From: the human T2T-CHM13v2.0 reference genome, Homo sapiens
DNA: 64,000 nt
Direction: 5' to 3' (one strand)
Assembly (NCBI RefSeq): GCF_009914755.1
Contig: NC_060928.1
Each line of letters begins with the position of its first letter. Within the stretch, counting starts at the first letter, position 1. Below the pieces are notes generated by a model that ran no database searches, was not told the origin of the DNA, and saw nothing but the letters and a program-made list of their open reading frames with translations. Below, in pieces: positions 1-16,579 of the stretch. The translations under genes and the position numbers were made by a program.

Positions 1-70
1 CATTCTATACAAACAAGAATTCAGTTCACATTAGTGGAAAGTATTAAGAATCAATCTTTCTCCACAATGA

Positions 71-480
<410 letters not shown>

Positions 481-759
481 TCATGCCACATTTTGGTGGG
501 AAAAGCCTGAACCTGGAAGCCAAAGAAAAAAAGTATCTGAGCAACAAAACCCTTCTAAGGGGGCTTACTGACACTGATCACTTAGTCTTGAGTTCCCCAG
601 CCTCATGTGGCCAAAAGGACAGAGTCAAGGCCCAGGGCCACTCAAGAAGAGGAAACTTGGGGATAACATTTTCTATGTCAAATGAACCCCAAAACACTAC
701 ATAATAAAATAAATTATAAACAGAACTAAACTCCTCCTACTTCCCAGTAGTAATGGAAC

Positions 760-924
760 AGGGAAAAACAAACAAAAGAGAAAAAAGAGAGAAAGAAAAA
801 AAGAGAAGAAAAGAAAGGGAAGAGAGAAAGAGAAAGAAAGAAGAAAGAAGAAATAGAAAAGGAAGAAAGAGAAAGAAGAAAGAAAAAGAAAGAAAGAAAA
901 AGAAAAAGAAAGGAAAAGAAAGAA
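760..924. repeat. GA-rich polypurine low-complexity tract
   Basis: Almost pure A/G with (GAAA)n/(GAA)n units. Confidence 0.9.
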
Positions 925-1266
925 TCAAATCCCTAAGAAGTTATGGGCATAGATTGGTCCTCATAAGTATTTGTACTCTAGACAAACATAGCCTGGGTGA
1001 ACAGAGAATCTCAAGTTGAGACCATCCACAACCAGTGTGCCCTTGCACTTGGCAGAAACAAAGGCAAAACCTCTATGAAACAGGAATAATTTATCCTAGG
1101 CACCAGGGAACCCACAAATTTTTCTTAAGGGCAATGACCAGCAAGCAAAAAATACTAGACACACAAGAAAGCAAGGCAACATGAATGAAAATTGGTAGAA
1201 CAAAAGAGACTACCCAAATTTCAGCTATTCAAATTAGCAGGCACAAATTATATAAATGATAAGTTT

Positions 1267-1351
1267 GAAAATCTCTGTAAGAAACCATTAAATACAGAAA
1301 ATCCCTGTAAGAAACCATTAAATAAGATTTCTGTAAGAAATCTTAAATACA
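1267..1351. repeat. ~30-bp tandem repeat, about 3 copies
   Basis: gaaaatc(t/c)ctgtaagaaaccattaaata twice, plus a degenerate third copy. Confidence 0.8.
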
Positions 1352-1390
1352 GCAGATTTAAGAAAAAGCAACATAGAAATTCTAGAAATA

Positions 1391-1700
1391 AGCCAAGCAT
1401 GCTGGTTCATGCTTTGGGAGGCTGAGACAGGAGGATTGTTTGAGATCAGAAGTTCAAGACCAGCCTGGACAACATAGCAAGACCCATTTTTACAAAAAAA
1501 AAAAAAAAAGCTGGCATGGTGGTATGTGCCTGTAGTCCCAGCTACTTGGGAGCCTGAGGTGAGAAGATTGCTTGAGACCAGAGAGTTCAAGGCTGCAGTG
1601 AGCTATGATCGCACAGCTATACTCCAGCCTGAATGACGGAGAAAGACCCTGTCTCTTAAAACACACACAGACACACACACTCACACACACACACACACAC
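1391..1700 (+). mobile_element. AluJ-like element ending in a (CA)n microsatellite
   Basis: Dimeric Alu motifs; (CA)n at ~1661-1700. Confidence 0.85.
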
Positions 1701-1817
1701 CAACAACCAAAATAAAAACTCAAAAGACATGTTTGGTAGTAGAAAATTAGTGAGCTAGAAGATAGGGCAAAAGAAATCACTCAGAGTGTGTAACAGAGAA
1801 CATAGAAAATACAGCAC

Positions 1818-2099
1818 AGGGAGTGATGGCTCATGCCTGTAATCCCAACACTTTGGGAGGCCGAGGCGGGCGGATCACCTGAGGTAAAGAAATTGAGACC
1901 AGCCTGGCCAGCATGGTGAAACCCCGTCTCTACTAAAAATACAAAAATTAGCAGGGCGTGGTGGGGCACATCTGTAATCCCAGCTACTCAGGAGGCTGAG
2001 GCACGGGAATCACTTGAACCCGGGAGGCCACCATTGCATTCCAGCCTGGGCAATAGAGTGAGACTCTGTCTCAAAGAAAAAAAAAAAAAAGAAAAAAAA
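1818..2099 (+). mobile_element. AluS-like element with a right-arm internal deletion
   Basis: Alu dimer in which cccgggagg joins directly to ccaccattgcattccagcc; poly(A) tail. Confidence 0.85.
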
Positions 2100-2393
2100 G
2101 TACAGCAGAGAAGTATCAAGATAAAGTCTTAACTATTTGTGATTGGAATCCCAGAAGGAGATGAGAGAGAGAATGGGGCAGAGAGAATATCTGAAGAGAT
2201 AATAGCAGAACATTTCTTAGAAAAATATGAGATACCTAATTGACAGATTCCAAAGGCTCAGAATATATTTTTATTTATGCTGCTTGTGATTTTCACACCT
2301 GAATACATCATAGAGGAAACAAAAACAAAGACAGTCTTAAAAGTAGCCAGAGGGGAAGTAAAAGAGAGAATGTCTTCAAAGTAGAAGCATTTA

Positions 2394-3023
<630 letters not shown>

Positions 3024-3059
3024 ACTGCTAACCTAGAATTCCGATGAATTATATCTTCA

Positions 3060-3376
<317 letters not shown>

Positions 3377-4375
3377 TGAATGGAAGCCAAGAAAAGATAT
3401 TAAAACAAAAATAGAGCTCATCACCAGCATTTTATCACCAAAAGAAATTCTAAGGGATATACTTCAGATAGAAGGAAAAAGGTCTCAGATAGACCGTCTG
3501 AGTTTCACTAAAGAATCTGAGAAGCAAAATAAATAAACAAAATAACGAAAGAAAAGAGAGATACAGTATATACTTTTAAACTATTGCTAGAGGGCCAAGA
3601 GATTGAATGATAAAATAATGAATTCAAAGGAAGTCAAGAAAACAAAAATAACAGGTTGAGCAAAAAATAAGATGATAGGTTTAAATCCAGGTATATCAAT
3701 AATCATATATTTACAGATAGACAAAATGCTCCAATTAAAAGACAAAGAAGAATTGAGTGGGTAAAAAAATTAGTTATTTGCAAGAGACACATCCAAAATA
3801 TAAAAATATTAAAAAATTAAAGGTAAAAGGATGAAAAATATTAATCAAAAGAATTATTTAGTAGCTACATTATTATCAGAAAAAAAAATTAGAGATCGAG
3901 TCATTTCAAAATGACATTAAGTCAAGTCATCGTGAAGAGATGAAGACCCTCAAAATAAATAAAACAAACACAGGCACATTACAAAGAGAAACAGATAAAA
4001 AGTCTACCATGGTGTGAGGTTTTGGTCACAGATTCAAAGTTTGTCAGAAGTTTCAGAGAGGTCAATGAACGCTCATGTTTGTGTGATTTAAAAAATGGTG
4101 AAGACATCTTTGTAATAATCCCAAAGTCAGGGAATAACGTGTATCTTTCCTGAGATAATTAAATTATTATGAAGAAAATAAATCACGATAAAATAAAGGG
4201 AAACCTTAGAATTACTAACACAACTTCTGATACAGATAATTTGCATTACATTATTAGAACTGAAAACAGTCACAAAAAATAACAAATCACCAAGAATGCA
4301 TGGATACCGTGAAGTAATGCCTCTCAAATGTGTTTTGCCTGGATGTGTGTTGGAGAATGATAGGAACTAAATGTA

Positions 4376-4672
<297 letters not shown>

Positions 4673-5680
4673 CTAAAACTAAATGTAATATCAAACAGTG
4701 GCTAATAGAAATTAACACTCTGCCTAAATGTCTACACTGGAAGAGGCAAAGTCAGGTCAGAGAACGCATCTTAGACTTGAAGTTAGAAGCCCTTGAACCT
4801 GGGTTCAAGTTATTCCCCAGTCCTTAGCCAGGAGTCATCAGTTATAATTAGCTGTGGGGCCTTGAAAACATCCAATCCTTTCTGACTACGCACTTCAGCA
4901 AACTTTAAAAGGGTTGCCCCTTTTAAAAGAGTTTGACACCATCCAAGGGTAACCCACCTTACCTCCATTCTGACCCCAGGACTATCATCCTGGGGAAGCA
5001 AATAGAACGATTTTGCCATTTTCTCATGCTCTGTCTCTGGGAAGGGGTAGGATAAGCATAATACTCCCCATCATCTTGGGGATAGGATTACCACATATCA
5101 CAAAACCCTAGAGAACATGGCCTGAAACCAGAGGGAGCACAGAGAGGAGGAGAAGCATGGAATGGGAAAGAGAACAGCACAGGCTCTTTTGGACTGCCCA
5201 GCAGGGTTCTGTGCCCCTTTGGTACACCTGACTCATAACTCACAACTTGCAGCCCACCACACAGTGAATACGGCTTTTTACATATCACTTACTGCTTTGC
5301 AAAAAGTCCCAATACAGTTCCCAAGAATTCTCCAAGTTCCCTTTGTCATGGTGGCAAAGGTAGGGAGGGCCACAGAAAAGCAGCCTCATGGACTCAAGGA
5401 GAAAACAGTTCTTCACATAGCCAGAAGCCTTCACAGCAAAAACATGATCTTTCTCTTAAAAAGATCAATTTCATCATTGCAGGGATTTTTGTGAGACTGG
5501 GGAGATAATCCATTTGGAAGTTTCAAGAAGTTAGAGAGGTTTGAACTGTGAGAGAACGAGAACAAATCTTTAATTTCTGATCATGTATATTGCTAATAAG
5601 TGGCCCCATGAAGTGATCCAAAAAACTTTACCGAATAAGACAAAATATGAAAGTAATTCCCTAATGGGACTTAAAAAAAT

Positions 5681-5762
5681 ATATGGTTGAGCCATATGAA
5701 GTTGCTGATATTTGAACATTTATTACCTATAAAAACTGTGATTTCATATGTTTCAACTCATT
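5681..5762. mobile_element. MADE2-like mariner-derived MITE
   Basis: ~80 bp with inverted ends ggttgagccatatgaa...tttcatatgtttcaac. Confidence 0.65.
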
Positions 5763-6124
5763 TAAAAGATCAGAAGGAAATGTCCATAAACATTTTAAGG
5801 GAGTGCATTAGGGATGTAATATTTTGACTGAGGAAGAGAAGACCAGAAACTGCAAATAAAAGAGAGTAGAACTCTCTTTGAAGAAAAGCCCGTGGACAAG
5901 ATGGCATCTTACTTATCGACCACAATATAATTTTAGTTAGCCAATTCATAAACAATTTCCCTGACTTTAAATAATATAAATGGCATAGAGACATGATAAC
6001 CAAAACTATGCAATGTTCCTTTGCAAAGAACCACATAAGGAGACCATTTCCAAAGTCAAATGGAGTGATTTATCCTCATTCATTTTCCTTATCTGTTTCC
6101 CTTATTTGCTTCATGAGATAGAGA

Positions 6125-6742
6125 GAGACTAGATACTCACCAAATACATTCCTTCCTCTTAAACACACAGCTAAATCCCTTTCCCAGGCCTCTTGCACCT
6201 AGGTGGCACCCTGTGACTCTGGCATATTGGTAAATGCTTAACACCTGGCTCTCTAGATGAACAAAGGCCTCATCTGTAGCATTTGCCTACTATTGCATGG
6301 TGTGAATATTCACACAAAGGCCAATTTCAAACCACCAATATGGTATCACTATAGTAGAATTGGGAGGAAATGCATAAAAGTGACTCTATGAAGCTGGGAC
6401 CAGCAGGTTCCAGCACACCTGGAGTCACTGAGATGGTGACTCGTTCTTAGCAAAGGAATTTGAGCAGAAGCGACGTGTGACCTAGGCAAGCAATTATGAG
6501 GTCTTCTCCTCCCTAACTCGTCCACTCCCTCAGAGCTTGGCAGCCCCACAGGGAAGATGATGGAGCTGCAACTGGTAGGGGACTAAATTTTTGAGTCCCT
6601 TCCTGGAGATGAACTGTTCAATGAACTGCTCAGAAACATCCACACTAGACTTCACATGAGTGAGAAATAAACTTCCACTATCTCAAACCATTGACAGTTC
6701 AGGGCTATTTGTTAAAGCAATTAGCCTGTTCTGACTAATATA
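6125..6742 (+). mobile_element. MLT1-type (MaLR) LTR with an internal hAT-like insertion
   Basis: MLT1 motifs (ttcccaggcctcttgca; gtgagaaataaacttc...gctatttgtta...ctgactaata); inner 6225-6420 resembles a hAT-Tip100-type relic. Confidence 0.5.
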
Positions 6743-6832
6743 TTGCCTTTTTAGAGAAACTGCAACTACACTCCAACATATCTGATTTTTATCAATTGTC
6801 TAAGTCTTGCTTAAACTCAGACTCTGACCAGC

Positions 6833-7172
6833 TGTATCAGTCCATTCTTGCATTGCTATAAAGAAATATCTGAGACTGGGTAATTTATGAAGAAAAGAGG
6901 TTTAGGCCGGGTGTGGTGGCTCACACCTGTAATCCTAGCACTTGTGGGAGGCCGAGGCGGGTGGATCACCTGAGGCCGGGACTTCAAGACCAGCCTGGCC
7001 AACATGGTGAAACCCTGTCTCTACAAAAAATTCAAAAATTAGCTGGGCCTGGTGGCAGGTACCTGTAGTCCCAGCTACTCAGGAGGCTAAGGCATGAGAT
7101 TCACTTGAACCTGGGAGGTGGAGGTTGCAGTGAGGAAGATCTGGCTGGAGACACAGATCCAAACCATATCCC
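6833..7172. mobile_element. MST/THE1-type LTR ends enclosing a 3'-truncated Alu (6905-7134)
   Basis: tgtatcagtccattcttgcattgctataaag...ggttta, then the Alu, then gacacagatccaaaccatatc. Confidence 0.7.
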
Positions 7173-8486
7173 CAGCATATAATCATTTAAGTTATATAAC
7201 AATTTTTAATCCTGCTGTTAAAAAAGTCTTCATTTTCCAATAAATCATGATCATCATCAGGCATTTATTAAATTACGAAGTTAATGTTTCATAATTTTAA
7301 AGAGAGACTTTAAGGAAAACAATAAGAGACATTTTAGTCTCAAATTTAAAAAGACTTTAAAAATAACTATTTAAGCCCTTTGAAATAGCTAAGTATCAAT
7401 TAGCAAATCAGGCATCCATTCAGTTATATAATCACTTCCACCCTTGGAAGAATGGATATAGAGAGATGCACGTCGGACTTTATTTTCTTGGCGAACTTCC
7501 AATCTGAAGATAACAGTGGTTAATAAATTACATGTGACAGGGTTATATTAATTCACTTAAAACTGAAGTCGAATTTCTTGGCAGAATTTCTCCTAATGGT
7601 GCAGGCTCTAAAATAGGACACATCTAGTGAAATTTATGCTATAATTGACCCCAGCTGGCTTTGTAATGCTGCTAAATGCAGCCATAAAGATAGAACCCAG
7701 TAGCTGAGACAAAGGACAGTACAAACCGAAGTCATGGATCTGATTTTCTGGAACCACTTGAATCATCAAATTCTAACTCACCAATCAGACAAGAGGGGGA
7801 AAAACATCTTTTCAGCATCTGTTTTTAATGACTGATAAATTTCTCACTAAGTATCCCCTCTCCTCCATGGAGGTAGCCTTTATTTTGGATGGTGGAAATT
7901 CCCAGGAACAAGCTTGGCCGTAAGCCTCCCCTCTTGCTGAGGCTCGCCCGACACTCAGCTCTAGGATGGTGTAGTTGGAGGAAGGATTTCCAGGGCATGA
8001 GGGGACTGGCAGAGCATTCCTCTGGTGATATTTTCCTGCTAGAAGACCCCTTGGCTTTCAATACTCCCAACTTCACAGAATGCAGCCTCTCAATACATTT
8101 TTCAGCTGAAGTTTATAGAGAAAAAATGTTTACTTATGACCCCAAATCCAATATCTTAAAAATGATGCATAGGTAAAGTCTCAAATTATTTCTGAAAATA
8201 ACTAGGGGACATCTGAATGGTGTGAGGATGGTTTGAAAGGCATCAAGGGTGGTCTGGCTGGGCCATTTTATTAGGGGGTCTTCAGTGTCATTATCTTTTG
8301 ATCACAGCTTGTAGGTTCTGAAAACCAAGTGGAAGGAAAGAAGCTATGGAAAGCACAGTATCCTGCTTGCACACGTTCACCTATTCTTCTGCTTACCGTA
8401 TTTGTGCCCTCAACTCTTCCTGATATCCCCCAGTGCAGAGACTCTTTTACCTTCTCCAGAGAAGAAACCTCCCATCGAGAGGAGCA

Positions 8487-8825
8487 TCTTAGTCAGTTCT
8501 GGCTGCTGCTACAAAGTAGTATAGACTGGGTGGCTTATGAACAATTGAAATGTATATCTCACAGTTCTGGGTGCCAGTATAAATTGGCTGTGGTGAGGGC
8601 TTTCTTCTGGGTTGCAGAATATTGTCTTTTCACTGCATCCGCACATGGCAGAAAGAGTGAGAGAGCTCTCTGGGATCCCTTTTAAGGGCACTAATCCTAT
8701 TCATGAGGGCTCCACCCTCATGACCTAATCATCCCCTCAAAAGCCCTACCTTGTAATACTATCATATTGGTGTTAAGATTTTAACATATGAATTTTGGGG
8801 GAACATAAACATTCAGTCCATAACA
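8487..8825 (-). mobile_element. MLT1A-like LTR
   Basis: tcttagtc...gactgggtggctta...cactaatcctattcatgagggctccaccctcatgacctaatca...aacattcagtccataaca. Confidence 0.75.
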
Positions 8826-11071
8826 GGGAAGTTGTACAGACACATAAACTGGAGTGTAGAACTGGACATTTAACAACCTCTACTTCTTCTTTTACTCCTC
8901 TCCCCCTACTCCCACACTTGAACCTCTTCTCCTCCTTTGAAAACAGGTTTTATTGAGATATAACTTACATACTGAGAAATCCACAAACCTTAAGGGTGGA
9001 CCTAACAAAGTGCATCGTTAACAAACCTCCTGATGTTGGCCTATCCTTTGCCCCATCTTCCTCAAGTACATGGTGCTGTACATTCTTGAGCCATTGGGAA
9101 TTTTGGGATGTAAATGGAGTTACTGGTGTAGTCAAACCCCAGTCTGGGTGACAGTTGGGCTGGCTGTCCTTACTAATTCTCTCAGGAGACATTTCTGTTT
9201 TCTCTTTTTCTTCCCTAGCACCTAGGCTGAGATGAACAAGATACATTTTTATGTGCTTTGCCTTCGCTAAGGCACAGATACTTTTTCCTCTCCTACCTTT
9301 GTGAGGAGGCTGTGGCCCTTCAAGGCTCTGGCTTTATGTGGGCAGTCCCACTTCCTACTCCCCACCTGTGTATGCCCTGGGTTCTGTCTCTTGTGCCCTG
9401 TCTTTGCGTACCCCCATCGCAGCCTCTCTCCAGGGTTCTGGGTTCCTAGTATTGGCAGATGCTACATTCCTGGTTTTCAAAGACTATTTATTGTATTTAA
9501 TTCAGCAGTTTTGGTGTTTTGTAGCTGGAGAATTTTTCAGAATATCTAGTCTGAGGTATTGCCAGGAACAATTAATCTTGTTAAATCCTATTCATCTTAA
9601 AAGGCTCAACTCAAAGGTCACCTCTTATGTAAAAGCTCTCTGTCCTTCTCCTGGAGGAGTTAGCCTTTCTTCCTCTAATGAAAGAAAGCTTCCACAGGCC
9701 CTGGTGACATCCCCACTCCAGGGCCGTCACTCACTTAAAAAGTTGCCTTAACTGTGTCCTTAGGGATCTGTCTCCACCACCAGTTAGGAGCTGCTCAAAG
9801 CAGGCACTTTAGGATGCATCTCTTATCTTCTACATTTAGTCCAGTGCCTACCACTGGGGTGTGGTGGGTGGGGGGAGGGAGAGGGGAAGAGACAATTCTA
9901 AATACTCACGGAATTAAAAGAAAGTAATTGATAATGCACTAATGCCATGGTTCAAGTTCTGCCGAGGCTCGCTCCCAGTCATGTGTGTTATGAGATACTC
10001 AATATACACACATTCAATACAAACACGTATTGGATGCCTTCATTCTGTCCCTGAAACTTGCCAAGCTTCTTCCCATTTCAAGGTCTTTGCAATTGTTTTC
10101 TTTCTGCTTGGAATGCCCTTCCCCTGGAAGTTCACATGGCTACCACCTTCCTCTTAGGTAGGTCCCAACTCAAATGCTGCCTTCAGAGACAGGGCTCTCC
10201 TAACCACCCTCACCCATGCCCAGCCAGGTTATCCAAATATTCTCTTCCTCATAGCATATGATTATAGAATCACTTAAAGTTAGCTTATTTTTAAAAACGT
10301 AATGCAATCTACATACTAGTATTCTCAGAATCTAGGATGATGCCACATGATAAATATTCAGTAAATAATTTGTGGACTGACTGCCTAATATGAATAGGTG
10401 CAAAGGATTTTTAAAAAATGAATATGGGGCCCTGGTAGGTTCACAAAGTTCAACTGCTGAAGACAGATCTTCTTTCAGACCACTTTTGAGATTTTTCTAT
10501 GGCTGTGGTAGACAACTCGTAACATCTGCCTTTTTCTAGGCCAAAGTTTTCTAAGTTATCCTCTGGAACTCTGGGGATCTCACTCATCATGGAACCATGA
10601 GTTGGAGTGGGTTCAGCCTGTTTTCTAGGTAAAGTCCTGCCTTCGTCTGTAGGTAGTGCCGGCTTTGGTTCTCCTCAACAGTGTTACAGAGTGGGGTGGA
10701 ATTCCTTCCAGATGGGACTTTGGCTCTGTTTGCCTTAAAGCATGTCCACCCCCCGCCCCCCACCAACTGCTTCTGCCTGTCCTTCCATCCTGTACTAGGT
10801 AGAAGGGAGGCATGAGATGTAGATAAGGGAGAACACACTTAGTTGGGATTTAGAAAAATGAGGTGGTACAAGGTGCCAGGGAGTTAGAAGAGAGGGTAGG
10901 GCTAAGAAGTGGGATAAAGGGAGAAAAAAAAAAGTGCAAAGGCCTCAGAAATAACTTGGGCCTATTTGGATAAGTAGGGTCAATTTTGCCTACAGTTAGC
11001 TTGAAAAAAAAAAAATGCAGTTTCTCTTGACTTATCTTGGCAGGAAAGCTTGTGTGAAAATGGGGTAAGGG

Positions 11072-11400
<329 letters not shown>

Positions 11401-11689
11401 AGTTGGGCAAGGAAGGGGGTGCAAGATGACAATTTTTTTTTTGTCCTGGGACATGAGCTTCTTAGCTGACAAGGAATATGGTGAAGCAGAGCATAGATTT
11501 CTCCTTCAGTTCTAACACTGCAGTCATTCTAAATCTCTGTAGCCCAGTGGAAATGTGCACCCTTCCTGTCTGCACCCCAGCCTTCCAACCATACTCCCAC
11601 TTAGCTCTACATGCTAAGTGTGTCTCTTTGGAAATGGTTCTGACCACATCCAGCCATGTGTGCACATGGCTTCCAGCAGGGCCCCTTCC

Positions 11690-12255
11690 TTCAGCTCTAG
11701 AGTACCAAGAGTTTGTTAAAAATGCTAGTCCTCCTTCAGAGATTCTGATTCAGTAGACTCAATGTTGGGTCCAGGTATCTGCATTTTAAACTAGCACCAC
11801 AGGGATTCTGATACAGGCAATTTGTAAATGACTCTTTTATAAAATTGGTAGTTAGATTTACTAAATATTTCTATAAGCTAAGTGTGGTGCTAATCCCTTT
11901 AGATGCATTATCTTAATCCACACAAGAGCTCATCCAGTTATAGCTGAGGACACAGGCTGAGACGTCAGCTAGAACTTGTAAACGATGAATCCTGGCCTTA
12001 AAAACAAAGGCCTCTGATTACAAAGCCCACATTCTTTCATGGGCTAGGGATAGCTTTTAAATCTTTAAATTATTTTAGGAGTTTCTAATATCTTGCTACT
12101 CAAAGTGTGGTCCATGGACCTGTAACATCGAAGTCTTCTGGGAACGTGTTAGAAAAGTAGACTCTCAGCCCTCCAGGCCCTGTGAATCAGAATCTACTTT
12201 TTGACGGGATACCTGTGTGATGTCTATACACATGAAAGTTTGAGAAGCACTGTGA
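11690..12255. mobile_element. Cluster of MER5-like (hAT-Charlie) and MIR fragments
   Basis: agagattctgattcagta...atctgcattttaa; tgctactcaaagtgtggtcc...aagtttgagaagcactg. Confidence 0.6.
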
Positions 12256-13076
12256 TAATATATTTTATTTATTCATTTGTACCCTCATCTCATGCCAAAA
12301 TAAATTACTGATGTCATTTCCTATTACATATTATGGAAATACCTTATACTGTAGCTTGCATATGATTCCTATTGGTTTATGAGCTATAATTCATCCATTC
12401 AACTAGATTTAGTGGAACTGATTTTATTATTTGTCACCCAGACTCTTAAAATTATCTCCTATTTGGTTTATCTGCCTTCAGTCTCTCCTGTCTTTTAATC
12501 TATTGCTAGAAAAGATTGAAAAAAAAAACAGTGGAACACATTATTGCAACAAAATCTTGGTGAAAAACCTACAATAATTAAAGTGCAGCTGCTCCGGTTG
12601 AAGTGTGTGTGCAGTGGAGGGTGGGGTCAGAGCTCTGTCTTTTTAGCTCCCCCCAGAATCCCCAAGACACTTCCCGTGAACTCCCAGGGGGTCTGTGGAG
12701 CACAGATGACCATGCTTACTCTCCCAGTTCCCCACCACAGCACTGTGACTCTTTCAAAATCAATTAAGTGATGCATTGCATATAATTTGGTAATAATGAA
12801 AGTACAAATGTTTGTGATGAATTTAGTTTAAAATAACTTGGAGGGAGTGGATTGAAGTCATGCTCTCTCTTGCATTCCAATATGCTTTCTTTAGGATGAA
12901 AGCCCTAATATTAGATACACACAGGAAAATGGGAGGATGTCACCATGGATGTCGTGGTGGGAAAAAGTCAAGAGTCATGGATCTAGGCTGGCTTCCAGGT
13001 TGCTGCCAGAGAGAGCTTCTTTAAAGCTGTAACTCTTTTTGCCTATAAACTCATCCTCCACAGCCTACAGAATTAA

Positions 13077-13529
<453 letters not shown>

Positions 13530-13546
13530 TTGCCTGGAAATGTCTC

Positions 13547-14655
13547 TTTTTAAAAAAAAAAAAAATTTTACTTTAAGTTCTGGGATACATGTGCAGAATG
13601 TGCAGGTTTGTTACATAGGTATACATGGTGGTTTGCCACATCTATCAACCCATCATCTAGGTTTTAAGCCCTGCATGCATTAGGAATTTGTCCTAATGCT
13701 CTCCATCTCCTTGGCCCCCACCCCCTGACAGGCCCCAGTGTGTGATGTTCCCCTCCCTGTGTCCATGTGTTCTCATTGTTCAACTCCCATTTATGAGTGA
13801 GAACATGCGGTGTTTGATTTTCTGTTCCTGTGTTAGTTTGCTGAGAATGATGATTTCCAGCTTCATCCATGTCCCTGCAAAGGACATGAACTCATCCTTT
13901 TTTACAGTTGCTTAGTATTCCATGGTATATGTGTGCCACATTTTCTTTATCCAGTCTATCATTGATGGGCATTTGGACTGGTTCCAAGTCTTTGCTATTG
14001 TAAATAGTGCTGCAATAAACATACGTGTGTATGTGTCTTCATAATAGAACGATTTATAATTCTTTGGGCATATACCCAGTAATGTGATGCTGGGTCAAAC
14101 AGTAACTCTGGTTCTAGATCCTTGAGGAATTGCCACACTGTCTTCCACAATGGTTGAACTAATTTACACTCCCACCAACAGTGTAAAAGCGTTCCTATTT
14201 TTCCACAGCCTCTCCAGCATCTGTTGTTTCTTGACTTTTTAATAATTGCCATTCTAACTGGCATGAGATGGTATCTCATTGTGTTTTTTATTTTCATTTT
14301 TGTAATGACCAGTGAAGATGAGCTTTTTACATATATTTGTTGGCTGCATAAATGTCTTCTTTTGAGAAGTGTCTGTTCATATCCTTTGCCCGCTTTCTGA
14401 TGGGGTTGTTTTTTTTTCTTGTAAATTTGTTTAACTCTCTTGTAGATTCTGGATATTAGCCCTTTGTCAGATGGATAGATTGCAAAAATTTTTTCCCATT
14501 CTGTAGGTTGCCTGTTCACTCTGATGATGGTTTCTTTTCCTGTGCAGAAGCTCTTTAGTTTAATTAGATCCCATTTGTCAATTTTGGCTTTTGTAGCAGT
14601 TGCTTTTGGTGTTTTAGTTATGAAGTCTTTACCCATGCTTATGTCCTGAATGATA
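13547..14655 (-). mobile_element. 5'-truncated L1PA (ORF2 C-terminus plus 3' UTR)
   Basis: ORF track 13995-14684 gives L1 ORF2p C-terminal motifs ([34 protein letters not shown]) with frameshifts; typical L1PA 3' UTR. Confidence 0.92.
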
Positions 14656-16579
14656 TTCCCCTCACCTCCCCTATTGCTTTGCATGGTGCCTATCCCAAAG
14701 TAGATGCACTGTGAAGAGGGTTAAGTGAATGAATGGATGAATAAGTGAATGGAGTAGAGGAGAGGGGGGAGAGAGAAGGAGATGGGCAAAGAGAGAGAGA
14801 AGCTCAGGTATGCAAAGAATTAGAAAAAGAGAACCAGAGAGACATGAGGAATCCTGACCTTCAGTGCCTGGCCCTAATCCGTCCTGGAGCCTGGCTGTTC
14901 TACTTGCCTTTGGGATCTTTGATACTGGTTGTTGCCCTCACATTGGGCTCTGTTGCATCCTTTTATGTTTGTCTGTGAGTTGCTCAAGGGCAGAGATCTA
15001 ACCTCACTCATCTTTGTATCCTCAGGGCCTGGAACACAGTAGGACAACAAGCTATTTCTCCCTTTCCACATGGAGAAAACTAAAGAAACTACATCATGTT
15101 TTAGGGTGTTTAGAGCCCTCTTTCTACCCTTTGCTGAAGGTGACATATGAAAACACTCCTTTGAATGAAAATAAAATACAGTGTGTTCTTCAGGGTTCTA
15201 ATTTATCAGAAAGATTTTTCAAGTTCTAGTTTTTCTATAGTATCAAGAATTATTTATGTTGATTCCCTAAAGAAGCACCAGTACTTTATCATCCCAGTCA
15301 TTTTCCATTTGCGTGAGATACACATCAGGAATTTCCTTCTTCATGTCAAACTCAGCACTGCACAGAGCCAGGCTTTTAAAACATAATTCATTAGCTTGGA
15401 AATAGGAAGTGACAAGAAGTAATTGATCTATTTCAATTTGCTCTCACAAGAGCTAGCTCTTATTTCTTTGCCCCATGGCCTCTTTTTATTTAGTGTATGT
15501 ATTTTCCCCCAAATTTTTATCTTTTTTTTATTCAAAGGGGAGCAAATTTTAGACTGTTAAGGCTATTTTAAATCACAATTACAGACCTCTCAGTCTAAAA
15601 TATCTACTTGCCTATTGCAATTAAATCTAGAAATCAGGCAATACCAATGTCTCCTGTTTTGCTGCTGCTCTCATCTCAGCATTCTAGCCAACCTTCTTTA
15701 TTCTCTGCTTTCCCCTGCCCCCACGGAGATTTTAATTTTGTTAAAACGTTTTTACTGCAGCTGTGACTCAGGCAGCTCAGTTAGCTGCAGAAACACAATG
15801 TCATTTAATATTCCAACCCACAGCCCAGACAGTTTCACATTGGGTCATTTGGAGCAGAGCTGTTGAGAATGCTTTATATGACAATGATTGGCAACACCCT
15901 GCTGTTGAAAAAAAGGCAGCATGAAAAACAGCTAGTGTGCTCCTAGCAATATCTCTGTTCTCAATACCAGACCATGAACAGGAGCCAACTGAACAGAACC
16001 AAATGTGATCATCAGGTGACGATGTAATACTAAAGCCACACTCTTGATTTCCTCTGTGTTGGTTGGATAAGATGCTTTCATTCATTAATCCATTCGTTCA
16101 TTTAATTATATTCAAAGTGGACCTATTTCAGGATAGGCACAATGCAAAGGCAATGCTAAGACATAAAACAATAGGGGCACAGCTCCTGCTACTAACATAC
16201 CTGTAGTCTGTTGGAAAAGGTAGATTTCAAAAAAATATTTACAGGTTGTCTGGAAAACCAAGGAAGATAGCACTGAACACTAACAGAGAAACCAAAGGGG
16301 AGTTGAAGGGGCTCACAGAGGAAGTGAGATGTGAAGTATATTTCGAGGGATGAACTGGATATTTCCAGATGAAGAAAAGGAGTGGATATATCCCCCAGCA
16401 AAGAGATACATATGCAACAGCAAGAGACTGGTGTTGGCAGCTAAGGTAGAAAGGAGACGGGGTGGGATGGAGATCATGAATTCTACCTTATGATGTGTTC
16501 GCAGTATCTGGTTGATTTAGCAGTCAGATGAGATTTGGGGCTAGCAATAGAGATTTGGAAGTTAATGAGATCATTTTTG

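Noticed and set aside
13995-14684. 229-aa ORF
   Set aside because: Frameshifted C-terminal piece of L1 ORF2p in a 5'-truncated copy; not a gene and not mobile.
15758-15770. Adjacent E-box and AP-1 site in a repeat-poor block
   Set aside because: Short motifs occur often by chance; no enhancer evidence from sequence alone.
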